In this document: in pieces, positions 9,235 through 17,066 of the stretch
Numbering within the stretch: the stretch's first letter is position 1
Layout: every line of letters starts with the position of its first letter
DNA from: an uncultured virus (IMG/VR IMGVR_UViG_3300029305_007310)
Lineage: Duplodnaviria > Heunggongvirae > Uroviricota > Caudoviricetes
Virus record (IMG/VR): IMGVR_UViG_3300029305_007310
Location: 54,256 to 74,255 of that record
Reading direction: 5' to 3' (one strand)
DNA length: 20,000 nucleotides
Program-made: the position numbers and the translations under genes
Notes under the pieces: model-generated
The model's database searches: none
Seen by the model: the letters and a program-made list of their open reading frames with translations, nothing else
Told to the model about the DNA's origin: nothing

Positions 9235-9588
9235 ATGGAAAATAAACGCATGGGGAGAAAGCCAGATTCAGTAGTTGCTGCTGAACGCGGGATTTCTCTT
9301 GAAGAGCTTAGAGCTGAAAGAAGAGAGCGCCTAAGAGCGAAAAATGAAAAACATGAAGAGCTTCCAGATCACAAGAAGGATTTCTACGATTATTTTGACA
9401 CAGAAATAAATGACATTGCATCAGCCATAGAAGAGTGTCGTGGCAAAATGGAACGATTGATTAAATGCCGCACTCATGAGCAAAAGCTAAACTATCTGTG
9501 CAAGCAATTCGTGGACGAAATCAAAAAGGTTGGGTTGGATCACGAGATCGCGCTTGGGAGAGCGAGAAGATTATTTGAAGAGAAATAA
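9235..9588 (+). CDS. Hypothetical charged helical phage protein
   Basis: 117-aa ORF with RBS ggagg. No recognisable motif. Confidence 0.7.
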   Translation: MENKRMGRKPDSVVAAERGISLEELRAERRERLRAKNEKHEELPDHKKDFYDYFDTEINDIASAIEECRGKMERLIKCRTHEQKLNYLCKQFVDEIKKVGLDHEIALGRARRLFEEK

Positions 9589-9633
9589 AAAAGAGGATGA
9601 TGTCCAAATAGCTGGGCACCATCCTCTTTTTTA
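9586..9633. terminator. Bidirectional intrinsic terminator between convergent phage operons
   Basis: aaaaaagaggatg...catcctctttttt inverted repeat with A and T tails. A second hairpin lies at ~9641-9672. Confidence 0.8.
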
Positions 9634-9684
9634 TGGCAAAGAAAAAGGGCCATGCCATTTGGCACAGCCCTGTAAGTTAAGGAT

Positions 9685-10188
9685 CTACGTCGTCATCCTT
9701 TTCTCATCCTTTTCAATGTTGCTTGCAAGAAGATTTTTTGCACGGATGTATTTCTCCATGCGATTAAAATCTTTTGTGGTTAGTTCACGAGATAGGCGAG
9801 AGGTGTCAAGATTGTGAGCGAGATCTGCGTACTTGACCAATTTGGCCTCCAAACTATTGCTCTCGGCAATAGCGGAAATATAGTCCATATAGGGAATATG
9901 GCGCTTATGGGTGAGTAGCTTCAGTGCTACAATGACTTCATGTGAGAAGCCTTGCAATGTGAGATCCTTTAATGCGCATGGAGGATTATCCTCAAAGACG
10001 TCGTGCAGAAGAGCGACAATGATGGTATCTTCACGCTGTTTATCGCTGGTATAGCCAAGATGGTTACATGTGTGGGCTACAGTGAGAGGGTGAAGGATAT
10101 AAGGATAACCACCCTTGTCGTACTGCCCGCGATGCGCAGCTTCTGCCATACACATGGCTTGCTTGATGAGAGGGGTATAGGGGAGCAA
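9685..10188 (-). CDS. HD-domain hydrolase of the RelA/SpoT / Mesh1 small alarmone hydrolase type
   Basis: AHRGQYDKGGYPYILHP, LLHDVFED and VKYADLAHN motifs. TTG start with RBS aaggagg. Confidence 0.85.
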   Translation of the reverse strand: MLPYTPLIKQAMCMAEAAHRGQYDKGGYPYILHPLTVAHTCNHLGYTSDKQREDTIIVALLHDVFEDNPPCALKDLTLQGFSHEVIVALKLLTHKRHIPYMDYISAIAESNSLEAKLVKYADLAHNLDTSRLSRELTTKDFNRMEKYIRAKNLLASNIEKDEKRMTT

Positions 10189-10202
10189 AGAGTATTCCTC
10201 CT

Positions 10203-10655
10203 TTATGCTTTGCCAGTGGAGCCAAAGCCTCCTGTACGTTCGGTAGTTGTATCGTCGTCATCCATAATGAAGTAGGGGACAATCATACCCTGAGCAATGC
10301 GATCACCTTGATTGATTAAAAAAGGTGCCAACCCATCATTGGCAAGCATGACGCCAATATTACCGTCATTTTTAGGGTTGGAATAATAATCGGCATCAAC
10401 CCACCCTTGAGTGTTTGCTAAGCAAATACGATGCTTGCCCATACTGCTACGTACATTGATAATCAAAGCGGCATTGTCAGGGATTTTTGCTTTTACATCT
10501 GTCCAGATCATCTGCATTGTACCGGGTTCAATACAATATTCAGAGGGAGAATGAAAGTCATAAGCGCAGGCATTTTTGGTAGCTCGCTTGGGGAGTTTAA
10601 TTTCTACATCTGGGTGCTTACGGTACTCGTCTGCAACAACTTCAAAACGTTTCAT
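10203..10655 (-). CDS. dut: Trimeric dUTPase
   Basis: Motifs AYDF, RSS, VDADY, GDRIAQ, RTGGFGSTG. Confidence 0.95.
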   Translation of the reverse strand: MKRFEVVADEYRKHPDVEIKLPKRATKNACAYDFHSPSEYCIEPGTMQMIWTDVKAKIPDNAALIINVRSSMGKHRICLANTQGWVDADYYSNPKNDGNIGVMLANDGLAPFLINQGDRIAQGMIVPYFIMDDDDTTTERTGGFGSTGKA

Positions 10656-10900
10656 TCCTCATCGTCCTCCTCGTCATCTTCATCCTCTTCATAGTCTTCA
10701 CGGTACTCCACTTCTGCCATGCTGTCAACCTCTCCGGGGGTGTAAATTGATGTGCCGCAATTGTCACAATGGAAACTTTCACAGCAGAAGTTTTCGAGGT
10801 CGATTACACCTGTGGGTGCGTTCATATCCAGGACAGAACTGCCAATGATTAGGTGTCCACACTGAGGACATGTACATGCGAGATGATATTCATTAGTCAT
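10652..10900 (-). CDS. Small zinc-ribbon protein with acidic tail
   Basis: CPQC...CDNC and a D/E-rich C-terminus. Start and stop overlap the neighbouring genes. Confidence 0.7.
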   Translation of the reverse strand: MTNEYHLACTCPQCGHLIIGSSVLDMNAPTGVIDLENFCCESFHCDNCGTSIYTPGEVDSMAEVEYREDYEEDEDDEEDDEE

Positions 10901-11087
10901 TGCTTTGTTTGCTCCTCTTTAGATTATTGAATCCTTCTGTGATAAGCCTTAAAATGTAGCAGGCAAGCGCGATTCCATATGAAAAGTGGCTAATAGTTGG
11001 AGAAAGCAAGTTCATAATGGCGCATAACGTCCAACAACCGGCCAGAATAAGATCCATGCAAGCAAGCGTTTTATAATGTTTTTTCAT
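10893..11087 (-). CDS. Small two-TM membrane protein
   Basis: Two hydrophobic segments, translationally coupled to its neighbours. Confidence 0.65.
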   Translation of the reverse strand: MKKHYKTLACMDLILAGCWTLCAIMNLLSPTISHFSYGIALACYILRLITEGFNNLKRSKQSND

Positions 11088-11287
11088 TCGTTTTCTTCCT
11101 CCGCTTCACAATCTTTATAATACAGCGCTTCACCACAGAAGCCACTTTCCTGTTTCTCTCTAAAGGCTTTACAGGGGCATTTCCATTCTTCCGTCTTAGG
11201 CATACCGAGGCAGAAGCCATTGTTTTTCTTGATCATTTTCTTTTTCTTTTTGAAGTATTCAGTATCGGGGTTGGGGCGAATAATCAT
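11084..11287 (-). CDS. Ferredoxin:thioredoxin reductase catalytic-subunit-like mini-protein (variant)
   Basis: NPD...NGFC...KCPC...C...LYYK layout matches FTR-c-like small proteins, but the CPC/CPC/CHC motifs read CLG/CPC/CGE. Confidence 0.65.
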   Translation of the reverse strand: MIIRPNPDTEYFKKKKKMIKKNNGFCLGMPKTEEWKCPCKAFREKQESGFCGEALYYKDCEAEEENE

Positions 11288-11299
11288 AGTAGGCTCCTC

Positions 11300-11620
11300 T
11301 CAATAAACGCGGTATAGAATATCGTTGTTATAGACTGCATTACACAAACGTTTAAGCAGTTTTTCCTTTTCTTCTACGGGGAGAGGAGTATGAGACACGA
11401 TCATTCTCATGGCATTGGGCAAGCCCATCCAATCGTGATAATTGCTGGCTTCAAGATGATCTTCTAGGGTTTTCACATAGCCAGGGAAGCCTTCTTCTTG
11501 AAGTTCTGGGTCATCTTTTGCCCAACGTTCCCAGCCTTTTGCTAAATCAGGAAGCTTATCAGCGGGACATGGATCATTGGATTGGTCATATGGGAAATTG
11601 GAAGTAATGTTATCGGTCAT
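11300..11620 (-). CDS. Hypothetical phage protein
   Basis: 106-aa ORF with RBS ggagg, overlapping the nrdG stop (ATGA). Confidence 0.7.
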   Translation of the reverse strand: MTDNITSNFPYDQSNDPCPADKLPDLAKGWERWAKDDPELQEEGFPGYVKTLEDHLEASNYHDWMGLPNAMRMIVSHTPLPVEEKEKLLKRLCNAVYNNDILYRVY

Positions 11621-12180
11621 GCTGGATTATCCTCCTGTGTGTGGTGAATTACGATCTCTCCTTTTTCAAGACTCTTTTGTACGTCGATAATTCTTTGGTT
11701 AGAACTGCCTCGGAAACGGAGGGTTTTATTTGCCATGGATTGAATAAAGGGCCCATCTACGAGCACATTGGTAAGAAGTAAAATAGGGTGGATAAACAGA
11801 TTTGAAGCATTGTATAGCTCTCCAAAAGTGGCTCCAGTATAGATCCATATATTATATTTTGTGCGGTTTTTGACACGGGCATGGATTTCTTCAAGGAGGT
11901 GTGTTAAGAAGAAGAAGGTTTTTTCAGGGCAAAAAAACGGGTCTCCACCAGATAGGGTAATTCCCTTTAAGAAGGGGCGTTTAACGATTTCTTCTGCGAT
12001 ATTTTCAATTGTTTGTGTGGTAATTGGAACACCAAAATTGGGGTCGTGGGATTCAGGATTGTGGCAACCAGGGCAGTTGTGAGGGCAACCACTAAGATAG
12101 ATAGTTGCCCTCACGCCCTCGCCATCTACCAGACTCTCATAATTGACCCCTGCTAAATAGGGGTATAGAGTAGTAGACAA
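11617..12180 (-). CDS. nrdG: Anaerobic ribonucleotide reductase activating protein (radical SAM)
   Basis: SLVDGEGVR, CPHNCPGCHN (CxxxCxxC), GITLSGGDP, VLVDGPF, FRGSSNQR. Directly downstream of nrdD. Confidence 0.95.
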   Translation of the reverse strand: MSTTLYPYLAGVNYESLVDGEGVRATIYLSGCPHNCPGCHNPESHDPNFGVPITTQTIENIAEEIVKRPFLKGITLSGGDPFFCPEKTFFFLTHLLEEIHARVKNRTKYNIWIYTGATFGELYNASNLFIHPILLLTNVLVDGPFIQSMANKTLRFRGSSNQRIIDVQKSLEKGEIVIHHTQEDNPA

Positions 12181-12195
12181 AGAGTATAAGCCTCC

Positions 12196-12675
12196 TTAAA
12201 CAGGCGTGTATGCAGTATGTTTTACACGATCTTTAACTTCTGCCTGTTTGCCGTCATTAAAGCGACGATAATCTGAGCTAAGATAGCCAGTTACACGGCG
12301 TAGCTGCGTGATATTCTGACTTTCACACTCAGGACATTCAGCATCAAATTCACTTTGATAGCCGCAGTCATTACAGGTGTCAATAGGGAAGTTAAAAGCA
12401 AGATAGGGGATATCAAGATCCATGGCGTAATTGATGATTGCCTCAATTGCGTCAGGATTGTTCATAAAGGTAGATTCACATTCGATATATGTGATTGTGC
12501 CGCCAGTACAAAGCTTGGTGAAAGGCGCCTCGATACGAAGCTTTTCATAAATAGATACCTTTTCCCATACGGGTACATGGAAAGAGTTTGTAAGATATTC
12601 ACGATCTGTTACATTGGGGATAACGCCATACTGATCACGGAGAACAGTTAGCGCAGTTCTGCAGAGATTCTCTGC
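12196..12675 (-). CDS. nrdD: Class III ribonucleotide reductase, exon 2 (AENLC... to stop, 159 aa)
   Basis: YLTNSFHVPV, zinc site CNDC...CPEC, glycyl-radical motif RRVTGYL. Joins exon 1 in frame to give YATP-AENLC. Confidence 0.93.
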   Translation of the reverse strand, partial: AENLCRTALTVLRDQYGVIPNVTDREYLTNSFHVPVWEKVSIYEKLRIEAPFTKLCTGGTITYIECESTFMNNPDAIEAIINYAMDLDIPYLAFNFPIDTCNDCGYQSEFDAECPECESQNITQLRRVTGYLSSDYRRFNDGKQAEVKDRVKHTAYTPV

Positions 12676-13533
12676 CACTTTGACTATATTTTCATCCTTT
12701 TTATCAAAGGAGTCTGCTCTTTCGTCCAATAAAGGACTACTCTACTCACTCATTGGTTTTCGATAGTCGATTCACATTTACAAGACAAGTATTCTTCTTT
12801 AGTGCAATAACGGAAATAATAAGGCTTTCTAACGGGCCTTTTATATTTGCATTGACGGGAAATAGTTGTTTTTTCGATTCCAGTAGCCGAGTTAGCCTCG
12901 CAAATTGAACCCCAGATACCTAGAAGCTCATTTGTGTAACGGTCGAACATTTTGACTGGATGAGATTGAGAATCGTTAACTCCTTTGTCATTGATCATTA
13001 GACCGTCATCGACTGCTTTTTGTGTATTTTCTTGGGCGGTAGTCCAATATAAATTTTCCACCCTGTTATCACTTTTGATGTTGTTTTTATGTCCAACATA
13101 GGGAAGCTTATCTGGATTGGGGATAAAAGCTTCGGCGACAAGGCGATGAATTCTTCTGGAGACCAAACCCTTTTTGCCTTTATATTGAATACCGCAAGAC
13201 ATATACCCATAAACAGAGTTTAGAGCTTTTTTATAAAGGACTCTTGGATGATTGTTGCGATGCTCTATAGCATATACAGACCCGTCAATATCTATCCAAT
13301 GCTCGTAAGCACCGCGAATTAGTTTTGCTGTTTTTGGTAGCTCTATATTTATTCACCTCTTTTTTTGTTTGTTTTACTTGTCTTGATTTAGCACAGGATT
13401 CCACAAAGGTTCCCTGTTAGCACTGCCGCAAGTCGCCATTTCCTGCGATTGACTTTCGCCCGGCAGCACACCCTTTAAGGTTAAGCAGATTTTTCATTGC
13501 ATGTTACCATGCAAGCCCCCACAGAAAATTCTC
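12676..13533 (-). mobile_element. Group I self-splicing intron (858 nt) in nrdD
   Basis: 5' exon ends in U (ACCCCU) pairing with intron GGGGG (P1). UUUUCUGU pairs with 3' exon GCAGAGAA (P10). Intron ends in G. Core-like elements GCUAACAGGGAA, AAUCCUGUGCUAAAUC, UCGACUAUC and AAUAUAGUC. Confidence 0.92.
12750..13346 (-). CDS. Intron-encoded HNH homing endonuclease (I-HmuI-like, C-terminal NUMOD1-like domain)
   Basis: IHRLVAEAFIPNP...VGHKNNIKSDNRVENLYW...EN HNH motif and C-terminal GIWGSICEANSATGI...ISRQCK. Frame is open 48 codons upstream of ATG 13202 to an ATA placed 7 nt after GAGGTG. Confidence 0.85.
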   Translation of the reverse strand: MELPKTAKLIRGAYEHWIDIDGSVYAIEHRNNHPRVLYKKALNSVYGYMSCGIQYKGKKGLVSRRIHRLVAEAFIPNPDKLPYVGHKNNIKSDNRVENLYWTTAQENTQKAVDDGLMINDKGVNDSQSHPVKMFDRYTNELLGIWGSICEANSATGIEKTTISRQCKYKRPVRKPYYFRYCTKEEYLSCKCESTIENQ

Positions 13534-15279
13534 AGGGGTAGCGTAACAGGAGAAATTCAGCCCATTCTTTTCACTTGCATGAGCCGCGAACTCGTTGATC
13601 GCTTGAACAACTTGATAAGCAAATTCACGGGCTTCAAGGCTATTTACATGGTTGGCGCCAAATAATGCTTCACACATTTCAGCTACCCCGATAAAGCCGA
13701 TGGCAAATGTATTGTGCTTGAGCGCCTCATATACATTATCAACGCACTTATCAGCATCTTTAATGACGCCGTTTTCATACATAAAGGGCGCTGCAGCCGG
13801 AGACTGTTTGGCCATAATGGCAAAACGTTCAAGATGAGCTTTTTCTACAAGATCAAGGGTGGATTCAAAGGCTTCCCAGAATCCCGTAAGATTGGGTTTA
13901 TCACGCTCACCAAGGCAAATACCATACTCGATACCAAGCTTGGGGAGAATGATAGTAATAGGAGTGTTATTACCACGTCCTATGCGGTTGTAGCCATAAC
14001 CATTGCGGTCATAGCCGATCATGGTCCTGCAGCCCATGGTACTAAAAATGGTATCAGGATCGTCAGGATCTTCATGAGCCTGAGACCAGTCGCCATTGCA
14101 AATATTGGGATATATGCGTTTGGACAACGACTTAATAGCGAGCTTTTTCAGGTCATAATTGGGATCGCCAGGAGCTCCATTAACCCCCTTCTTGTGAGAA
14201 AAGATGCCGATGGGGAAGATGGAGGTGACATGATTCTTACCTACGCCGTCTAGACTGGTTTCAAGAATCCAACGAGTTACAAGACGTCCTTCGGGAGAGG
14301 TGTCGCGTCCGTAGTTGATAGAGGTAAAGGGAACCTGCGACCCAGCTCTGGATTCGAGCGTATTAAGGTTATGGTACAAAGCCTGAGTGGCTTGCAAACC
14401 CTCACGTTCAAGCATTTCCATAGCATACTTCTTTGCTTTGGGGAAAAGATTGAACAGCTCGTCCTCAATGGAGAGATCATTTTCAATGCAGACTTTTTTG
14501 AAATCTTTATAAGAGCTTTCTTCAATTGTCTCGTTGTCAGGGTTTTCGAGGTATTTGATGCCATCGATAATATGAGAGTAAAAACTGCGCTTCACATAGG
14601 GAGCGAGATCGTAGTCCAAGTGGACACTGCCCACACCGCCATATTGGCATTGGGATTGCAACTGAAATGCTACTGCTACCAATTGGCATGCTGTGGAAAA
14701 ACTAGACGGTGGGCGAACATCGCAGTTGCGGGTTTTAAAACCTTGAGTGAAAAGACGCTTGAAGTCTAGCATGAGGCAATTGTGGGCACCAATATTGTAA
14801 TGATCCAGATCATGATGATAAATGCAACCATTTTTATGTCCATCGGCCACGTCTTTGCTCATGTTCTGGTCTAAGGCAATGCTTTTCTGGATTACAGTTG
14901 CGGCCTCATTTTTGCGACCGCCAAAAGAGCGTTCATCCACATTGGCATTAGCATTTTCTGTGGTCTCGCCCAAGGTTTTTTCTAAAACCTTTTTCATAAT
15001 CTCGTTGCGGAGATTTCTCTGCTTTGTTCTTTCAGCTCTATATAGGATATAACTCTTGGCAACATCCTTGCGATCAGAAGCCATGAGTTTTTCTTCAACC
15101 ATATCCTGAATAGCTTCTACCGATAGACGGCTGGGAATCAAATCGATCTCTTCTGCAATTTGATTGGCAAGTCTGATATCAACTGGGCCAGTTTCTTTCA
15201 TTGCGGCTAAAACCGCGTCTACAATTTTTGATGGATCAAAATCAACGATTCGTCCATCGCGCTTTACTACTTGTTCCAT
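13534..15279 (-). CDS. nrdD: Class III ribonucleotide reductase, exon 1 (582 aa; spliced product 741 aa)
   Basis: ATP cone (VVKRDGRIVDFD), YHHDLD, HNCL, QVPFTSINYG, MGCRT, NFSCYATP. Confidence 0.95.
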
Positions 15280-15330
15280 TTCTCAATCCTTTCTTTTGGT
15301 CGTATGAGGAATACAAACTGAGATAGGAAC
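15273..15330 (-). promoter_or_regulatory. mRNA hairpin sequestering the nrdD Shine-Dalgarno and start codon
   Basis: GUUCCUAUCUCAGUUU (15330-15315) can pair with GGAUUGAGAAAUGGAAC (15289-15273), with one bulge and one mismatch. Inner GUAU/AUAC stem. Folded by eye only. Confidence 0.6.
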
Positions 15331-15366
15331 AAAAACCGGGGGTGCTCTTGGTGATAGAATTGGCAT
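15283..15366 (-). CDS. Putative leader/arrest peptide of nrdD (MPILSPRAPPVFVPISVCIPHTTKRKD)
   Basis: RBS aaggagagtg. RAPP at codons 7-10. Stop is 3 nt before the nrdD ATG. Confidence 0.6.
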   Translation of the reverse strand: MPILSPRAPPVFVPISVCIPHTTKRKD

Positions 15367-15387
15367 CACTCTCCTTCGACGAAGATT

Positions 15388-15621
15388 TTAATTTAGTTTG
15401 AAATCTTTTTTATTAATTCTCCCGTGACGAGTACCATATTTTTCGATATTAAGATAATATATGTGTTTTTTTGACTCGAACCTTGCACAGAAAAACCAGC
15501 CGCTATCAAAATATTTACCTAAATGGATGTTATAAGTATGGGTTTCAAGGAAAAAGACATCCCATCCATGAGCCCTTTTTGTCCAGGGTGTATATGCTCT
15601 ACGCAAAATTTTAAGTTGCAT
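15388..15621 (-). CDS. Hypothetical aromatic-rich 77-aa protein
   Basis: In operon, RBS aaagga. Resembles the adjacent 77-aa ORF. Confidence 0.65.
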   Translation of the reverse strand: MQLKILRRAYTPWTKRAHGWDVFFLETHTYNIHLGKYFDSGWFFCARFESKKHIYYLNIEKYGTRHGRINKKDFKLN

Positions 15622-15624
15622 GTG

Positions 15625-15858
15625 TTAATCCTTTTTATTGATATACTTCCCTTTCATAAAACCGACTCCAGAAAAACGAGCGAACCAAACGGTTTCTTCC
15701 CATTGCCATTTCAAATAAATGAACCATTCTCCGCAGTCTGTGAACCAGTCAAAAAAGAAGTGCCAAGTACGGAAGCGAAGGATATCCCAGCCTTCCAGCT
15801 CACAATTATTATCAATGAGTGTGTAGTATCTATTTAAAAATTTAGGATAATGAGACAT
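15625..15858 (-). CDS. Hypothetical aromatic-rich 77-aa protein
   Basis: In operon, Trp/Phe-rich, overlaps the upstream gene end. Confidence 0.65.
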   Translation of the reverse strand: MSHYPKFLNRYYTLIDNNCELEGWDILRFRTWHFFFDWFTDCGEWFIYLKWQWEETVWFARFSGVGFMKGKYINKKD

Positions 15859-16318
15859 CTTTCAGCCCTTCTTTGGCTTTCATATACTCAATGCAATCGT
15901 TGATATAAAAAGCGGCCTTTTTGGCATCCTCAACAGGCTTTCCTTTGCGTTTAAGGCGCCAACAATATTTGATAACATTGCCAATGCAGAAGCCCTCGTA
16001 ACCATCCAGATCCTTGAGAACTTCTTTGAGGACTTCCTTACATTCATATTTTTCCAATGCATAGTGGGAAGGATGATTAACCATATCCACTACTTCAGGA
16101 GGCATGGGAAAGTCTTCCTGAATGGGATTGTCGCAGGGAATGTAGTCACCAAGACGATAACCTTTGGGAGCCGGTGCATTACTAGGGACTGCAGGATCTG
16201 TAAGCGTATTGGGTAAAATGGCACGGTCAGTATCTGTTGTTGTTCTATTAGAATACGTTAAATCCACTTCCTTTAATAAAGAAGGGCGCGGGACATAAGC
16301 AGCAATCATTTCACTCAT
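15842..16318 (-). CDS. DUF3310 protein (T7 gp1.7 nucleotide kinase / SaV-like family)
   Basis: DMVNHPSHY...GFCIGNVIKYCWR...KGKPVEDAKKAAFYI. Likely start is ATG 16318 (MSEM), overlapping the thyX end, not the track's 16537. Confidence 0.8.
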   Translation of the reverse strand: MSEMIAAYVPRPSLLKEVDLTYSNRTTTDTDRAILPNTLTDPAVPSNAPAPKGYRLGDYIPCDNPIQEDFPMPPEVVDMVNHPSHYALEKYECKEVLKEVLKDLDGYEGFCIGNVIKYCWRLKRKGKPVEDAKKAAFYINDCIEYMKAKEGLKDVSLS

Positions 16319-17066
16319 TCGTGCTCGCCTCTTCCTTGTTGTCCATCCATGTAGGCCATTCTTTAGGCACGACTTTAGGCGTCCAAGATTTAGACACATG
16401 GTAGACATCATCAAGCCTAGGGTGCATACCACAGGTGTCCTTTTTGCTTTCAGTGCAATAGGGATGCTTTTTGTCTTTTTCGCACTTTGGTACAAGCATG
16501 TCTTTAAAAGCATTGTCAGTTGCCATATTGAATTCATGAACCATTTGCCGGACTAGTTTGCGGATTTCCCATTGAGCGCGAGTACAAAGGCGCTCATGGC
16601 AAAGGTGGATGAACTCGCGAAGGTTGAAAGTTGCAATGAGGCTGCAACAGGCTGCATTAGGAAGGACAAAACGAGCGTCTTCTTGGGGTACACCTAACAA
16701 ACAAAGTTTGGTGTAATCGGCCAAAGCACGGGTCATAGAAGTTTGAAAAATTTGCCTAGCTTGTTCATTGTTTTCGATAGTGGGTGGTACAACAAACTGG
16801 AAGCCAGATTTGTAGGAAACATAGCGCTGACTTTCTACCGAGGGAGAAATAAGTCTATGTCTTGTCAATTGAGCCAATAGCACTCGGCTGACGCCTTCAA
16901 CACGGAAGGTAACAAAAACATGCTCTAAGATGCTATGATGACCACTGTTATAACAATGGCGTACAATGCGACCATCTAGGCTCGGGGTGGATTTGTAACA
17001 CATAGAGGCCGCTTCTTCTGCAGCCATTACAGGGTCGTTTGTGAACCGGGTTAGAAGTACTTTAAT
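16311..17066 (-). CDS. thyX: Flavin-dependent thymidylate synthase
   Basis: GHHSILEH, RHRx7S motif (RHRLISPSVES-QRY), EDARFVLPNA, ERLC..AQWEIR. ThyX-like N-terminus KVLLTRFTNDP extends upstream to an ATT codon at 17066 after aaggagatga. Confidence 0.95.
   Translation of the reverse strand: MKVLLTRFTNDPVMAAEEAASMCYKSTPSLDGRIVRHCYNSGHHSILEHVFVTFRVEGVSRVLLAQLTRHRLISPSVESQRYVSYKSGFQFVVPPTIENNEQARQIFQTSMTRALADYTKLCLLGVPQEDARFVLPNAACCSLIATFNLREFIHLCHERLCTRAQWEIRKLVRQMVHEFNMATDNAFKDMLVPKCEKDKKHPYCTESKKDTCGMHPRLDDVYHVSKSWTPKVVPKEWPTWMDNKEEASTNE

Noticed and set aside
10655..10700. tcctcatcg-type short repeats
   Set aside because: They simply encode the Asp/Glu-rich tail of the zinc-ribbon protein. 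Not a CRISPR array or functional repeat.
12676..13533. Intein or simple nrdD pseudogene/split-gene explanation
   Set aside because: In-frame stop right after exon 1 and no Cys...His-Asn intein ends. Group I P1, P10 and terminal-G features restore the frame exactly.
16319..16537. N-terminal 73-aa extension of the DUF3310 ORF in the track
   Set aside because: Lies wholly within thyX in another frame. ATG 16318 at the thyX end is the plausible start.
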